Origin: the human T2T-CHM13v2.0 reference genome, Homo sapiens
Strand: one strand, 5' to 3'
NCBI RefSeq assembly: GCF_009914755.1
Contig: NC_060928.1
DNA length: 64,000 nucleotides
In this document: positions 1 to 13,919 of the stretch, piece by piece
How the letters are laid out: each line of letters opens with the position of its first letter
How positions within the stretch are numbered: position 1 is the stretch's first letter
Made by a program: the position numbers and the translations under genes
Notes under the pieces: generated by a model
Database searches by the model: none
The model's input: only the letters and a program-made list of their open reading frames with translations
Told to the model about the DNA's origin: nothing

Positions 1-715
1 TTTCCCTAAGAGATGGACAGGGCAGAACACCCTACTCATAAGCTGGGGGTGGAAACGCTGAGTCTGGGATGAGGGATGGGAGCAGGTGGCTGGGCCCTAA
101 AGACTTCCTGTCGCTGAAGGCAAGCTGCTGCTCCCTACTCTTGACAAAATCAAAAGCCAGGAGCCAAAAGCAGCAAAGTTTAAGGATGGTGGCCACTGAC
201 AGCAACTTCAATGAGTAGCCTCCTTTCCTACACCTTGCCACATCCTCCAAGAAGGGCCTCTCTCTCGTTTCTCAGAGGATTTTCTCCCTGGACACAATTC
301 CCAAGGGAGTTATCCCTCTCTTGGATGGGAGGGACTATGAGCAGAGGGCCTTGGGATCAGAACGGCACTCTTTGGAGTGAAGAGGCCTGGAGAAAGTGCA
401 GCCCTACCCACGTGGTGCTCCATCTCTGACCCAGTATATCCAATGGATGTACATGCCTTTTGGGCAAAGCATGTCCTCCAAAAGGGAAAAATAAATTCTA
501 TCAGCTTCAGATTTGCCCATTTTTAACAAATGTAGCCTCAGGGGTCTTTGATAAAGTCTTCATTCCTCAAGCTTGTGGGCCATGGATAGTAATGGCTGAT
601 TCAGCAATTAAAGCCTATTCTTTAATGAGAAAGCAGGTTAGGGCCCTATTCATATATCCAGGGCCCATTCAAGCGGAAAGGTGTTGTACCAGCCACGGGA
701 AGGTATTCTACTCAC

Positions 716-811
716 AATGATGGGTATGGTGTTAGCTCGGGAGAGGATCTGTTTGACCAGCCGGTACCTGTCGTATAGTGGCTTCATCACCTGCCGTTCG
801 TTCTTTGTTAC
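716..811 (-). CDS. FAM13A: FAM13A coding exon, 96 nt, phase 0-0, [32 protein letters not shown]
   Basis: Acceptor ttttcag|GTAACA, donor ATT|gtgagt; conserved FAM13 motif [12 protein letters not shown]; lies within ORF 650..877. Confidence 0.97.
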
Positions 812-1174
812 CTGAAAAGCAAGAATGAGAGCTATGAGAAGCCTGCTGCTGGGAGTCACAACCAGCTGTCTAAGCATGCTCTGGGCCTTTGTAATTCTAG
901 AGAAACTCCAGATGATGCAACTTAAGTCTTACTACCCTCACAGAATTTATTTAAACTGATAATATTATTTATTCAATAAATATTCAGATTACCTAGTTCA
1001 GCTGCAGATCAGTGGAAGTCACTCCACTGGTAGTACTGCTTTTTCTAAATCCAAACTAGGATCATTCTTAGGTTCCTGCTTCCTGCTTAAAACTCCTCAA
1101 GGTTCAGAGTTCCCAGATGACTATTTTCTGAGCCCAGGGAAAGTGAAAGCATATATCTGCTATAAGACGTATCA

Positions 1175-1491
<317 letters not shown>

Positions 1492-1789
1492 AATACATAT
1501 CATGTAGTTCATTTACTTGTCTTTCTCCTCTATGAAATTATGTTTCTAAGAAGAAGATTCTGGCAAACAGTGGGTATTCAAGGAACATGTGATGAAAAAT
1601 ACATGAACTGATTCATCTGTGTATCCCTAAAATCTGGCACAGGGCTAAAAAATGTTTAAAGGACTGATTCTCCAGGCAGTGGGGAGGAATCATACTCAAC
1701 TCCCTGGTATAGTATTGGAAGCTCCTCATACTCTATCTGCTGCTTCTCCTCCCCATCATACTTCAAGCTTCAGAAATAAAGTAGGTTGT

Positions 1790-2140
1790 CTCAACCCTCT
1801 TGTCCAATTCCCTCTACCCTGCCATGGCTTCCTCTTTGCTCTTTTGTTTGGCAAATTCCAGATGAAGAGCCACTTCTCTGTGCAGCCTTCTTCCAACATC
1901 CCCCATTCTGGGAGACTCACCCATTCTCTCCTTTGTGAAATCACCACCCTGCCCCGTGCATACCCTGTAATTTCATAAATGCTTTTACACTTTACTGTAG
2001 CGATATGTTGACACGTGTCTCCTCCTTGAGACTGTAGCCCCTTGAGAGCAGGAGTTTATATTTTTGTATCCCTAGTAACTATTTCAGTGCCTGACATCAT
2101 GGAAATATTCCATAAATATCAGTCAAATGAGTGAATAAAT
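1790..2140 (+). mobile_element. L2 3' end remnant
   Basis: gactgtagcccttgagagcagg...gtatccctag...cagtgcctgac...aatgagtgaat resembles the L2 terminus; boundaries approximate. Confidence 0.7.
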
Positions 2141-2659
2141 ATTTGAAACATAAATAGGTGTGCCTGATTCACAGATGCAGTCCCATTGGTTACTTAAATG
2201 GGGAATGAGATGAAGTATCTTTGCTTCAAGTTAGCTGTTTGTCTCCTGCATTCTCTTACTATTTCACATATAATAAGGCAAGAGTTTTAGAGGTAAGGAA
2301 GGCAAGTAGCGTTAGCTTTGACCATTTCTTTTACGGGTTTTTTGAGCCTTCAACTTTGAAGATGACTCTGGATTATGAAGAAATGGATGATCCTTTGTTG
2401 CCTTTTGTATTTGTCTTTCTCAAAGTGATCAACAGCAAGTGTGCTTTGGATAAACTTGACAAGTTAGAATAAGATCAAGAAGAATAACAGCCTTATATTA
2501 CTTGCACTTCTGTTATCAGATAACTAATGGGCAATTGGTATTTTCCTGCTTCTACTATGTACTATACCATGAGGAGTTTTATAATTTTATAAACAATGAC
2601 TGTCAAAACTAGAAGGGACCCAAATTATTTTACAGAAAAAGACTAAGGATCAAACCACA

Positions 2660-3325
2660 GATGTCACCCGCTACACACCTACCACAGAGCTGAAATGAAA
2701 AGACTGTGTCTAGTGCTGGCAAGGATGTTGAACATCTGGAACTCTCCTTCACTGCTGGTAAGAGTGAAACACTTTGGAAAACTATTTGGCAGTACCTACT
2801 AAAGCTGAACTTATGATCCATCAATTCCACTCTTAAGTATATACCAAAGGTGGCCTTAAGTTCATCAAAAGACATATGTAAGAATGCTCATAGCAGCACT
2901 ATAATCCCAAACTGGAAATAGTCCCAAACCAGAAATTGCCCATATGCCCATCAGTGGTAGAATAAAGTATGTTCCCCAAATTGAATACTACACAGCAACG
3001 AGAATAAGTGAATCACAGCTATATGCATCATGGATTAACCTCATAATAATAAAGCTGAGTAAATTACGCCAGACACAAAACATACTGTCAGATTCCACTT
3101 ACATAAAGGTCAAAAATAAGAAAAATCCACACAGTTAGATGATAGTGGTTTTCCTCTGTGGAACCTTGAGTCACGGTACTGACGAAGGGAACATGAGCAA
3201 GGCTTCTGGAGGATCGGCAACGTTTTGTTTTTTGATATGGGTGCTGGTTACCTGGGTGTGTGTACTTTGTGAAATTTCATCAAGACATATGTTTATAATT
3301 TGGGCCCTTTTCTGCATTTATGTTA
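2660..3325 (+). mobile_element. Old L1 (L1ME/L1MD-like) 3' remnant
   Basis: gtgctggcaaggatgttgaac...cactttggaaaac...attccactctta...catagcagcact, typical of the L1M ORF2 end and 3'UTR. Confidence 0.8.
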
Positions 3326-3327
3326 TA

Positions 3328-3542
3328 CAGGGTAAGCATCCCAAATCTGAAAATCCAAAATCTGAAACTTTTTGAGTACTGACGTGATGCCAAAAGGAAA
3401 CGTTCATTGGAACATTTTGAATTTCAGATTTTGGGATTTGGGATGCTCAATCAGTATAATGCAAATATTCCAAAATCTGAAAAAATCCAAAATCTGAAAC
3501 ACTTCTGGTCCCAAGCATTTCGTATAAGGGATACTCAACCTG
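3328..3542. mobile_element. Tigger4a/Zombi-type MITE (TcMar-Tigger)
   Basis: TIRs cagggtaagcatccc...gggatactcaacctg, TA target duplication at 3326-3327 and 3543-3544, internal aaatccaaaatctgaaa repeats. Confidence 0.88.
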
Positions 3543-6500
3543 TACTTCAACAAAAGTGCAACAATAGCCACAAATAAGTTTGAGAAACAGAAATTAAGTG
3601 ACTTGTACAATGTCACATGTAAAATGACAGAATTTAGGACTGAGACACATGTAATAATCTTTTAAACACAAGATATAGAATATGTTGCAGATGAGATTAA
3701 AGTGCATCCTAATGTCAGCACGTGACACATGGTGAAATATAATGTGCAAGATAAACAATAGACGGTTGAGTAACCAAAGACATACTAAAAGTAGAAATAG
3801 GAACCAGCCAGCATCCCCACTGTGAACTAGCATCCATTACTAGTTATTTGGCAGAAACATCTTTGGACTGCAACAGAAGACCAAAGTAAAACCAACCAGT
3901 TGTGACAAATTTGACAGAAACCAATCTCCTTCCTTACTCTTTGTTCAAAAACGAAGTTTTCTACTTGGAGTAGATGAGGAAGATCACTGGCTTAATTCTT
4001 TGGCTCATGACATTGATATTTAGATTTTCTACAAATTGCTCATGTTTTCAATTAGTGACCCCCAGGAACTAATCACCTGTGGGTGATCTGACAAAATCCA
4101 GTGTTTTTGACTATGGAGAGTTAAAACTCATGATTCCACAAAACCATTGTCATTTAACAGAAGCACCAAAAATATCAAAGATCTTTAAGTCTGAGGTAAG
4201 AGAAAGGTAAGAATAACGACCTGATTTTTATCATAATCATTTTCATAATATATATTTGAAGCCAAAGGCTCAGTGATACTACAAGTTAATGCAACTTTTA
4301 CCCATCATAATAATGATCAGTGCTCAGTTTGTGAGTGGGGTCAAAATTTAATCCATAGTTATATGAACAAAGCAGGACCTTCGCTGAACTGTCAAAAAAG
4401 AGCTATTAAATCTAACCACAGGAAAACCGTTTGAGTTGACATCTCTTATTCTTGACTCATCAGCTGCTCAGGGATTCTGCTGCCCACTAAGAATAGGGCT
4501 CTGAATGAGCTACACTGATCTTCTCTCAGCCTCAGTTTCCTGAATGGTAAATTGCAGAATTCAAATTAGAAAATCTTTATGCTTCCTAATTGCTTGGAAA
4601 TGACTTTAGGCCAGGCATGTAGTATATTATCTCTTCAAAATACTTTCACTCCTCTAGCTTCAAAACTTTATTTAAAGTGATAGTGCTGAATGGTCTTCCA
4701 ATATGTGGAACTAGGGTTATCATTAAGATGTATTTTTGCACATAAGTCAAACAACATAAATATCCAGATGTGAAGATCTAAGGGGAGAAAGCAGCACTTC
4801 CACTCCGTCTTTCCTTATGATTCAAATAAATTGTCATTTACTGGTCTTTTACTACCCTATTTGGTTGTCCCGTAAATTTCGGATATTTCAAAACACAAAG
4901 GGAACACTAGCCAATAATTATCCACATTTAATTAATGGCAAGTCTTGAACAGAAATCAAAAAGGCCTGATTAGGCAGCTGCATTTGTCTGCCTTTATCTT
5001 TTGTGACGGTTTTGGTCTTAGCTTCAAATAAAACTCTTCCCTACTGAAACATCAGTTTAGTTGCTGTTACCTGACAAAACCACAAAGGTGAAAGGTAAAA
5101 TGAACATATTCACTTTAAAGATAAATTAGAACTATGAAATATTAAGAGCTAGAAAAGCCTTATTTTTTAGATGATAAAATTAAGCACCAGAGAGGGTAAT
5201 GATTTGCTCAAGGCCACAGAGATGGGTCCAGATCCCAGGTTTATGAACTTCCAGTTGTTTTCTTTCACAAATAAGAAGTAGGATCTTTAACCGTGATGAT
5301 TTTTGGATCTGGGATGCTCAATCAATAGCGCATCAATACAGCATCATCAATATAGCGCAGTCAATATAGCATAGAGATGTAGCATTATTCTCTAATAGGG
5401 TTTCGCCAAGTTGTCTTCATAATATAAAGAATTCTGCCTTCCAAGCTGAGAGTTTGCCTATATTGAATTTACAAAAATCTGTGCTTATGAACAGTGTCAT
5501 AGAAACACAACTTTGTGAGAAATTATGTCATAGACAAACTATGCGGCCTCAAACTCTTAGTAAAACAAGAAGTAGTTTGAGTTTGTGTGTGAGGGCTATA
5601 CCTCTGAATCATCAAACTGCTAGAAGGAGAAGACAAAATGGGATGGATTCTTATAACTGTTGCATTCTTGGCCTGTTAATTTGAAAAATGGCAACTCTGT
5701 CTTCATTATCAGGTTATCATAATAGACAGTAAAAAGATCAGAAAATCCAAAACAGCAGCTAACCGAAGGAGAATATTTATAAATGGCTCCAGAATTTGCA
5801 TTTAAATTTGAACATGGCTGTATTTAGGGTCCTCAAGGTTTAAAAACATAAGATTAAAATACTCCATTGAGGAAGATCAGATGGAGTATGCTTCTGGTTC
5901 TGATCAGGTAACCCATTCTCTCCCCTCTATGGTCATTATCAAATAGTGGGATACACACACAGTAATACAGTGACATGTAGTTATTTACTGCACTTCTGTG
6001 ACATGGTCTTTTGATGAGAAGATTCTTAAACATTGAAGAGGACGCACTTTAATAATAATAGGGAATTATATGCCTGTGTATAAGTGAGTGTTTTTGTGTT
6101 TATATATGTGTAACTCTGCAGAGTGCCCTCAGAGTGCCCTGAGAAAGCAAACAGCTTTGCTAAAAATGTACAGAAGCGGCTGATTACAGTTTTGGCCTAA
6201 GATTTTAGTAGTTAGTGCCCTTTTAAATCAGTATCTGTAGACTCAGAAAAAAATCCATTGAGTTTTGAGCACCTGCTTTTCTAAACAATTGGGGTTTGGA
6301 ACAATAGTTTAACTCTAGAAGTACATGTATTTTTCTTCTAAGAAGAGTGTTGTCCGCATGGCATTTACAGTCCAGGGTCCATGGTAACACCACAAATCTA
6401 AGAATTAAAAGTTGACTCTTTGATTTTTTTTCAGACTGGCCAGATATCAAATGAACTCTGCTTTTCCTGAGGAGGTTGGAGCATCATGTTCCAAATAGAG

Positions 6501-6853
6501 AGAGGCAGAGAGTTTGGCCCTGGACCAGAAATTAATGACACTCAAATTTCCTAGAGCATTTGTTCCCCACCCTATGAGATGCTAGAATCCGGACCCACCT
6601 GAAAGAGTGATGAAAGGGAATAATAAGGCAGGGCCAAGAATAATAGTTCATATTCTTAATGATAAGAGAGCTATGAAATGCACATTCTTTCGCCTGATTT
6701 AATCATTTAATCAGAAGGAGGCCACAGAAAGTAGAACGTGTAATTGTAACAGAGGTGAAAACTATCATTTACTGTGCAGACCCAGTAAAAGCCACCCCAC
6801 CCCACTTCCTCAGTGACAGACATCCTACAGGTAAGTATATACAGATAAACGTC

Positions 6854-6870
6854 TGTGTGTGTGTGTGTGT
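6854..6870. repeat. (TG)n microsatellite
   Basis: About 8 TG units, read directly. Confidence 0.9.
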
Positions 6871-6876
6871 CTGTAA

Positions 6877-7025
6877 CATCATTTAATCTCCTTGGCAATC
6901 TATAACAGATATCTATTATATAGACAAAGCACCAAGGCTCTGAGAGGTTACCTAAGCAGCCCAAAGTCATAGAGCTAATCTCAGTGGGGCTGGGTTTTGA
7001 ATCTGGGTCTGCCAATTCTACGTGT
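6877..7025 (-). mobile_element. MIR SINE remnant
   Basis: catttaatct...aggctctgagaggtt...cccaaagtcatagagcta...ttgaatctgggtctg matches the antisense MIR core. Confidence 0.75.
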
Positions 7026-8617
7026 CTGACCCAGTCCAGGCTGAATGAGGGAATCTGTTCCCAACTCAGAGCAACAAATACTACAACACACAAAATACTC
7101 AATTGGCAGCAAGGTGAAGTCTATCTAGAACACAGCTGTGAGCTCTTAAGGGCCTTGGGCATGGAAGTCCTTAAAGGTGTCTATCAATGTCATAACCCAA
7201 ATCCACAGAAGTAAAAGAGGAAATGTTCAAGAAGGAAAACACACCTTCTCCATGAGGCCTACCAGATGGCTACACAGAGCAGGGTTCTAAGCCTATTGTG
7301 GAGAAGGAGTGTCTCTCTGATAAAAGAAGTTCACTTCTGCCTCTACACATTTTGAATATTCCGGTGGAGAAGGAGAAAGTTTCACAGTGTATTTGAGCTC
7401 TAGAGCATTTACTATTTGGTTCAATGCCTTCAAAAAAAATCCCAAACAAAGCTTGGCTGAAACATGAACATTATCCCAGAGTGTCAGTATTTTTCCACTG
7501 CAGGGACAGGCCAGCAGAAGAATCATCAGTGCCAGCATTTTTTTTTTTTTTTTACATTTAAACCTGATAAATTCAGAATTAAAATGCCACCAAGGAGACA
7601 TTCTACAGATAGTTATTGGGCCTGTGTCATGTGTCAGGTCTTGTGCTAGACACTGAGGACTGGGGTCACCACTAGGTGAACAAAGCCCAGAATCCCTGAC
7701 CTCCCACACCTTAGAGTCTAGTGAATTATTCTGGAACCTTCTTTATTTAAAAGAGCATATTTTAGATGAAAAGACTATCATATAGTCATGGCCAAGACTG
7801 AAAAAGAGATCTATACTTTTTGGCTATATAAAAATAATCAGTGAACCTAAACTTCGTGCTTCCTTATACCTGCTTTTAAAAATTTGTTTTGTTAGGTCTC
7901 TGACAACATTATGAACAAAAGGTTATTAAGAGTGACTGACAAGAAGGGTGTCTGATGAAAAGTTCTTCAGGGAAGAGAGCAGAAGCCTATCATGCTACCG
8001 TTTCCCCCACAGCTAACAACAAACATTTAAGCAATGCTTGCTGAACGGCAAGCCACCTCAAATGCTTCCCGTTGTTATGAAAAGGCAAAGCCATATTTTG
8101 GATTCCTCACGCTTCTGGTTCTGAACGGCAGCTGGAACTTCTTTACAAACACTAGTTGCACTGCATTGCAGAGAGATTGAATTCTAAGGCAGATCATTCT
8201 AGTTTCACACCTTTCATTTTATGGATGAGGAAGCCTACAGTGACAGCTTATTGGGGGAGACCTAGGGACAGGGAAGTCTCCAAACTCCAGGGGTCTTTAT
8301 GCCCTATACTCTGCCCCTCCGACCCCTGGCCCCTCCACCATTCCTTCCTTTAAAGCGGTACATTAATGACTAAATTTTAGTTGCAAACAAATTTTTCATT
8401 GGAACCCAAGTAAGTTCCACATCTACTAGATAGAACTTTCTTATTGGTTAAGCCTTCAGAAAGCTTAGTTATGGTGTAAATATATACTAACCTCCTTTAT
8501 CCTAAAAGTAAAGCAAGCAAACATTAGGGAACCCCATTTGTAAAATACTGAACATAGAAAATCCATTTCTAAAGCCAGATAATTGACCCCAATCAGAAAA
8601 TTTACTACATCACATAC

Positions 8618-8701
8618 CGGCCGTCCATGAATGCTTTCATAATATAACAGAGCTTTCTGCAGAGCCACTTTCTCATTAGCAATCTGGTCTTTGGTCATAT
8701 C
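8618..8701 (-). CDS. FAM13A: FAM13A coding exon, 84 nt, phase 0-0, [28 protein letters not shown]
   Basis: Acceptor tttatacag|GAT, donor CCG|gtatgt; FAM13 motif EKxxLQKxLLxYESxHGRP. Confidence 0.97.
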
Positions 8702-9316
8702 CTGTATAAACACAGGGATAGAGAATTGAAAGAGAGGAAAATGTGTGTGAACATTCCAACTTCTTTACTTAAATTACTAAAGCAAGGCTAAAAAGAACCC
8801 TCATATAACAGCTCTCCCTAGCTCTATCCAAAGTTCATTTAAAAATGGGTTACTCCTGAGCTCTTGGGAGAAACGTGGCCAGCACAGCAGAATCATCATC
8901 AGCCACCTGGATCTCCCTCACGGCAGCAAAGGTAAGGTGAACACTGAGGTAAGCAGGGCTGTGAGGCACATGGGGCTTAGCTTAATGGCCCAAGCAATGA
9001 CGACGGTTATACGTTACATGGTCCCAAAGGTTTGTCTCTAATCCTTCTACCTCAGAGTCACAAAACCAGCTATTAACCTAAACAAGTTCATTCTGTAATC
9101 TATACAATAGAGTTTTGTTTTCAATCTGTAGTCAAAAACCAAAGCACCCACAGTTAACGCACTCTGCAGCTGTTTCATCAGCTTCCCTAGACACGTAACA
9201 GCCTGGAAGGCTTAACAAGGCATCATCTTCCCACTGGGATTCACGTGGCATGCCCTGTGTCTCTACCACATTGACTGCAATGGCTTAGGGCTTAGCACTT
9301 CACAGAATGATCGCAC

Positions 9317-9537
9317 CTTAATGTCCTCAGGGCGGCTGCTTTCCGCTCGCTTCTCCTGGAGCTTCCTCTGAATAGATTCCAATGTGGCTTCAACACTGGG
9401 CTTTATTGCTTTATCCACCAGCTCTTGCTTCTTCTCATCTTCTTTCTCAAGTTGGGAACCAAAACTCTTGGGGAGTGTGTTGCTTCGCTGCCGCATCCTG
9501 GGAGTTAGGTCCTCTTCAGATATCTTTAGTTTTGATT
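9317..9537 (-). CDS. FAM13A: FAM13A coding exon, 221 nt, phase 1-0, (E)SKLKISEEDLTPRMRQRSNTLPKSFGS...SSRPEDIK
   Basis: Acceptor tcttctcaactag|AA, donor AAG|gtgcga; overlaps ORF 9263..9496; phases fit both neighbours. Confidence 0.96.
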
Positions 9538-9576
9538 CTAGTTGAGAAGATTTGGGGGTAAAGATATATGAGATTT

Positions 9577-9877
9577 ATTTATTTATTTATTTTGAGATGG
9601 AGTCTCGCTCTGTCGCCCAGGTTGGAGTGCAGTGGCACGATCTCGGCTCACTGCAAGCTCCGCCTCCTGGGTTCACGCCATTCTCCTGCCTCAGTCTCCT
9701 GAGTAGCTGGGACTACAGGTGCCCGCCACCACGCCCGGCTAATTTTTTTTGGTATTTTTAGTAGAGATGGGGTTTCACCATGTTAGCCAGGATGGTCTCG
9801 ATCTCCTGACCTCATGATCCTCCTGCCTCGGCCTCCCAAAGTGCTGGGATTACAGGCGTGAGCCACTGCGCCCGGCC
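9577..9877 (-). mobile_element. AluY, full length, (AAAT)n tail
   Basis: AluY-type segments gcaagctccgcctcctgggttcacgccattctcc and gcccgccaccacgcccggc; perfect TSD gatatatgagattt at 9563-9576 and 9879-9892. Confidence 0.95.
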
Positions 9878-10631
9878 TGATATATGAGATTTGATGTCTG
9901 CCCAACACAAATTGTTTTTCTGTAGTATCAATAACTTATTCTTTTTTCAGAGAGTATCTAGTTACAGTATCAGTAGAAATCCCTGAATTATTATGTAAAA
10001 CCTGAGAGAATGGTAACATTTTCTTTGATTACATGGAATGTTTCCCTAACACTAATTGCTGAGAAAGCTTTAGCCACATCAGCCTGTATGATGCTCTCAG
10101 AATGTGGCATCCTTGCTCCTTCAGTGGTTAAAGGTATTTAGTGATCTAATGCCCAGCCACTGGCCAACCTTTTCTGTATGACTTACACACCTTATTCTGA
10201 AATTAGGTTCACTTTGTATTCTATTTAGTTGTTTACATGACTGTGTCTCTGAAAAGATGGGAATCTCTTTGAGGGATGGAGGCCATACCCTTTGCAGATT
10301 CATCTCTGTGTCTACTTGTTTGCTCTACCACCACAGCAAATGGAGACTTGGATTAAACAGGTGTTGAGAGATGCTGACTTGAAACCATCATCCTTCTATT
10401 AGTGATCCAGGGAAATGAAGAAATGCTGCAGAATTCGCCTCTTAGCTGATCGGGTTGCCCTGTGACTGAGACCATGTGAAGACCTGGGGAAGTGGTCACT
10501 CTGAATAGCTGAGAGTGCTGGGAAGCATCTTTAAGGACCGGGGAATGCCTTAGCAGTGGCACTCAGTGGGAGAGGAGGTGAGAGATTCTGCACCTGGCTT
10601 GTTGTACAGAAGCCACAGCTCCAGAATTTTA

Positions 10632-10733
<102 letters not shown>

Positions 10734-11368
10734 CTAGAGTAAATGCTTTGGAACTGGAGCAGGGAAAGTAAGAAGTGTTTGATGATCATTTTTGTTTTAA
10801 ATAGGAAGGAAAAGTTGAGCCCCATCAGAATAAGAAATTAAACACGACCAATCAGAGCAAATGTCACAAATGTAATTCCATTATCCTTCTTTATATTTGG
10901 TTATTGTGATGCTTTCAAAAAATTCCTCAGAGGCAAAATGCATCTTTATGATCAGTGACTTCTGTGAGGTCCATGACCCCCTTGCCATTATTTGTAGGGT
11001 TCAACCTGTAAGACGAACAGTGTAGAAAACAGAGGGGTATATGATGTTTTGCTCAGCAACCGTCACAAAAATGCCTTTTTGCCACTCTTGTGGTACAGAG
11101 CTGACAGCAGAACGAGCTCAGTGCTAACAAGATTTCAGAAGATAATATTGAATTAAATTTTAGTCAAACAAAGGATTTCATTCAACAATTTCTCCAGTTC
11201 CTGCTTACTGATTAATTTATAAAATGTAGACTTAAGCTTTCATTTTTTTTTTTGTAAGAATACACTTGTGCAAGGAAAATGCTGATACATAATGACTGGG
11301 GTTTATCAGGGTGTACTATCCAGGGTTTACTGCCTTTTTGTTGTAAGATTCCCTAGAAGCCTCCCTTA

Positions 11369-11779
<411 letters not shown>

Positions 11780-12108
11780 CTATTAAGTACATCTAGGCTT
11801 TCTAGCTCACATTTATAATTAGCAAAGTAGGACTGGACATCAACCTTTCCTGTGGGCCTACAAGAGCTGAATTGGAGAGCGCTTTGGAAAGGAGACGCTA
11901 AGAAAATTCAATATGTGATGTTGCAGTTGGGCCACAGCTCAAATGGGAAACTACAACATGGCCTGTGTCCTAGGATGGAGAATTTCAAATATGTTGCTCC
12001 ATAGGCTCACGACTTAATTAAAAAAAATTATTCACTATCAGTGCCATTCCTCTTTTCTGATGTTGTGGGGATGATGCATTTGTCTATCAGCAACACAGAG
12101 AAACATAC

Positions 12109-12322
12109 CTCATGAAAGAATGGGAGTTTGGTGGGGAAGGAGGCACTTCTGTGTCATCCAGGTATTGCCTGCTCTGCCCATAAGCGTAGAACCGAGGAGA
12201 GAGCATGGGGTCGCTGTCTTCGTCCAGCAGCTGACGGATCAGGCGCCCAGCCTGCGGCGAGAGGTGGGCTTCATCAGAGTCACTGTTCTCCCGCTGCCAG
12301 GAGGAGAAAGCAGGGATAGGCT
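12109..12322 (-). CDS. FAM13A: FAM13A coding exon, 214 nt, phase 1-2, (E)PIPAFSSWQRENSDSDEAHLSPQAGRLIRQLLDEDSDPMLSPRFYAYGQSRQYLDDTEVPPSPPNSHSFM
   Basis: Acceptor cttatcttccag|AG, donor AG|gtatgt; open frame; phases fit. Confidence 0.96.
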
Positions 12323-12610
12323 CTGGAAGATAAGGGCAGTAAGATCAGGACTGTTCCTGAAAGAGGTCAGGGTTGTTCTTTAAAACACAAGTGTTTCCCA
12401 GGCTTCCCAGATGCTTTAGGAAGCTGCCCATTGAATCGTTTCTCATTTTACAGCTAAGGTCCAGGCTAAGGACACCGCGCCCCAACTGAAATCACCAATA
12501 TGTCTGACAGCCATCATCTGTCTACCTCTCGTTTCCATTCTCACTGGCTTTCCAAAGAGAATTTGCTAGGCTACCCTGAGGAGCAGCCTTGAAGGGGGGA
12601 AGCCCAGTCA

Positions 12611-13064
<454 letters not shown>

Positions 13065-13729
13065 CTATGTATTTAGGAGTTTATAACTTCCCTTGAGGTC
13101 ATCCAGTAAGCTGTTTTGTGTGCTTCTGCTTAAGTGTGTTGGGATTAGCACATTTAAGATGCATGCTTTGCACTTGAAACTTCAGAAGCTGCTCAAGACT
13201 CCAGTTAGAGTGAGATGCATACATAAATTAGCCAACAGAAGAAAAACGAACACCTTACAAAGGACAAATCTGTACAAATCAGTTTAGATAATCTGTTAAA
13301 AAAAAAAAACACGCTCAGCACAAAATCTTGATCTGTCATTTAGGGAGAGAAGAGGGCAACTGTCTACTTCTATTTACTGCAAGACTTACCTCAATAGACT
13401 CCTTTCCTCATTAAACAAAATCCTATCTAAAAGATTTAAAAAATAGATGTCGATGATATAAGGTATTTCATTTGTAATGTTTGCATTATAGAATGAGTTA
13501 TGCTTGAAATTTACTTGTGGATTACTGTGATTTACACAACGGTAGAATTTGGCTATGATCTTAAACTCTGGGATTCCTAGACTTTGAATCATGGGAACAG
13601 TTGCTCCTCTACCTATCATACTATAAAATGTGCAAAACTATCTTAAATAAGTGCTTATTCAGGCTTCTATTTAAAAATATATAATCCTAGAATGTTACAG
13701 CTGGGTGTGACTTCATACCTCAACTAATT

Positions 13730-13919
13730 TTGTGATTTCTCAATCCTGGCCGCACATTAAAGTCACACAGGGAAATATAAATGGCTACCAGCACGCAGGC
13801 TCCTCATACTATCCAAGTCAACAATATTTAGGTGAGGGTCCAGATATGTGCGCCTCACACACACAAGTTTAAAAGCTGTCCAGGTGATGCTCATGTGCAG
13901 CCAGGTTTGAGAACGATTG
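13730..13919. mobile_element. MER5-type hAT-Charlie DNA element
   Basis: gtgatttctcaatcctggc...ccaggtgatgctcatgtgcagccaggtttgagaacgattg termini. Confidence 0.7.

Noticed and set aside
1-700. Possible overlap with the antisense lncRNA FAM13A-AS1
   Set aside because: I recall it lying nearer the FAM13A 3' end, and no exon can be supported from this sequence.
12321-12325. CAG-AG tandem acceptors here and at 20578-20582
   Set aside because: The second AG is only 2 nt downstream, in a GAG context, and would frameshift; unlikely to be used.
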